DNA of 63,351 nt, the filler included, from Intoshia linei (taxonomy: Eukaryota > Animalia > Orthonectida): NCBI GenBank assembly GCA_001642005.1. It is 11 parts of 11 records of this genome, joined end to end, with 100 filler letters (N's around TTAATTAATTAA, not from the genome) between each part and the next. Parts side by side here need not be neighbours in the genome. Positions count along the whole stretch, not along the records: positions 61,004 to 63,351 come from LWCA01002337.1; 10 more parts are not named here. One strand, given 5' to 3'. The first letter of the stretch is position 1, and each line of letters begins with the position of its first letter. Shown piece by piece: positions 61,004-63,351 of this stretch. The translations under genes were made by a program, and so were the position numbers. The notes below the pieces were generated by a model that was given only the letters and a program-made list of their open reading frames with translations, was not told where the DNA came from and searched no databases.

Positions 61004-63351
61004 TACATTATAATACTCTTCAACACCAGAAGTATAATCAATAATTAATACCACATCTACTGGTCTCCCCGAACATTGAGTATCACAATATTTGCCAACA
61101 TAATTCGAATTACACTGGCAAGAATGAAGTCCAAATCTAGTGGAACAATTTCCACTAAAATTACAATTATTTGGACAATTTTTTTCATAATTACAGGAAG
61201 CAGACACTATAGACATGAGTTGATCATAAGTGTACATATAATTTTCACTAATAGGAATAGAATAAGTGTATGGATGAGAAGCAGCTACGTGCATCATGTG
61301 TTTATTTACATTGAACCCAGTCCCTAATGCAATAATTTGAATACCGGATTTTCGCATAGAATTAGTTATTCCAAGAGTTTCATCCTGTCTAATATTACCA
61401 TTACCATCTGTTGCTAGAAGCAAAACCTTTTTTCTGTCATTATTTATATTAGAAAACATTTTATTTGCTTCATCCAGTCCACTTGCCAGATTAGATCTTC
61501 CACCAATATAATTTGTCAATAATATTCCATACATTATTTCTAACGATTCAGAAAATTGGTTAATGTCGAATTGTCTAAAACTAATGTCTGAAAATGAAAC
61601 TAAACCAATGTTGGTATTTCGCATTGGTAATTGTCTAACGTAGTCTACAATCATTAATTTCAATTCAGCAAAATTATCATGAGCAATTGATCCTGAAGCG
61701 TCCAAAACAATAACGATATCGAAATTTTCATTATAGCATCCTAAATATATTAAAATAATTAAAATATTTATTTACCATCACATTTATTCCCCGAATATTG
61801 TCCAGCACATTCACAAGTGTAATGATTAAAAGTTTTCGTGCATGCTGAATTATTTTTGCAAATATTTGTATGACAACGATTCTCGGCTATTTAAACAGTA
61901 TTATAATAATTAAAAGAATTACTGTTTGATATTAAATTTGCTACATCCTGAAGTTTGACCAAATTTAATACATCATCATAATCTTGCAGTGTAATGTAGT
62001 TATTTTTAAATGGATGCGAAAACATGGACGGGAAAAACTCCATTTTAGATATTTCAAAACCAAAACCAACAATATTAACATTATTTTGTTTTAGTATTAA
62101 CGTCGCCGCGAATGCTTCCGCTTCGTCGTCAACTTGAGCATCGCTGAAAATTACCATTACTTGTGACACTCCAATTTCAAAATCGAATGTTTCTTTTGCT
62201 AATTGAAAAGCATGTGTCAAGTTTGTTCTTCCGCCTACATAAATAATTGACGATAAAACTGATAAAAGTTTGTATTTATCATGTGTGAATTCAACGTGGA
62301 ATTCTGCGGAATTTGAATAACTTTGTAACGCTATTTTAGTTTGACCAGGTAATTTTAATATTAATTCATGAATATAAATTTTTAGTTTGTCAAAATCTTT
62401 CTGTTTTGTACTTCCTGAAACGTCAATAGATATCAATACTTGCTCAATTGTTTCAGAGTATACTAAAAACATTTTAAATTTAATATTTGATTTTACCGAT
62501 ATCGCAGTTTTCTCCTCCATATCGATCTTCGCAAAAACAAATGTATCCACCAATTTTATTTACACACGCGCCATGTACGCAATTATTGTTGAGACATTCG
62601 TTAATATCTGTATTATATATAATATAATTTATTTAATATAATTATTATTAAGGGTTAATGAACAATTTACATAGTGATAAAATTACTGTTGCAAATCAAA
62701 TTTTTCAATTGATGCTTATAGTTTTTAGATAGTATTTCATGGTTCCAATCGTTATGATTCCAATTTATAAAGTAATTATTGATTTGAGGATAAGATGCTA
62801 AAGAATTTAGTTCGTATTCTCCATGCTCATTCTTTGTATTAATTGAAATCAGATGAATATCCATGTTTGTAGCTAGAATAGCTTGTTCAGATGTCTTGAA
62901 TATATTGTCTGACACTCCATCTGTTATTGTTACTACAACATGTGGATAACCGGATAACAATGGTTTAATTTTTTTGTGTAAATCATCAATTGCATCCTCC
63001 AACGCGAAGAATGTTCGTGTATGCCCTCCGTGATAAGTTACAGAATTCAATTCTGTCAAGATTGCATCTTGAGTAAAATGTGTGTTGTGATTAAATATTA
63101 TCGACGATACATCCGAAAATACAATTAACGCCATATTCTCAAAATATTTCATTTCCAATATTAGCTCTTTCAATTTTTCTTTATTTAATTGGAACATTTC
63201 AGGGCCAATACTGCGTGACGCATCAATGATAAATGTTGTAAACGTGGATTCACACCCTAAAATAAGTTATTACGACAATTTGATAATTTCAAACCAACTA
63301 TAGATAATATGTAATAATAATGTACCTGTAACAGGTGTCGGCGTTGTGGTT
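61004..63351 (-). CDS. extracellular protein with alternating vWA and EGF modules (at least 4 vWA, 3 EGF), partial at both ends
   Basis: MIDAS motifs DASRS, DVSGS, DASGS and degenerate DYTSG; cbEGF DINECLNNNCVHGACVNKIGGYICFC..C; two more EGF modules; short introns between modules. Confidence 0.9.

Overview
This is AT-rich metazoan nuclear DNA, not prokaryotic. It consists of 11 sequence pieces joined by ten artificial 100-bp N/TTAATTAATTAA/N spacers, so neighbourhood across spacers cannot be trusted. Host genes have very short (about 32-45 nt) GT-AG introns plus a few kb-long introns filled with transposons. That pattern suggests a compact invertebrate parasite genome; an orthonectid such as Intoshia is my best guess, by inference only. 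I reconstructed these genes by hand: MYG1 (complete), MARK/PAR-1 kinase (complete) tail-to-tail with PP2A-B56 (complete), PSMC1/Rpt2 (5' part), a deoxynucleoside kinase, part of a DEG/ENaC channel, the NUP50 5' part, a vWA-EGF tandem protein, an intronless orphan secreted protein and one unassigned spliced gene. The rest is decayed mobile DNA: hAT (Buster- and Ac-type), Tc1 (DD34E and DD37E), pogo/Tigger, piggyBac-like MITE, Helitron, Gypsy, copia and a foldback family. The best leads are two unrelated Tc1 transposases that each contain a host-style intron in the transposase core, a deoxynucleoside kinase with an unusual set of specificity residues, the orphan secreted protein, the vWA-EGF protein and a Helitron family with a doubled 3' end. 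I found no convincing wholly new multi-gene system.
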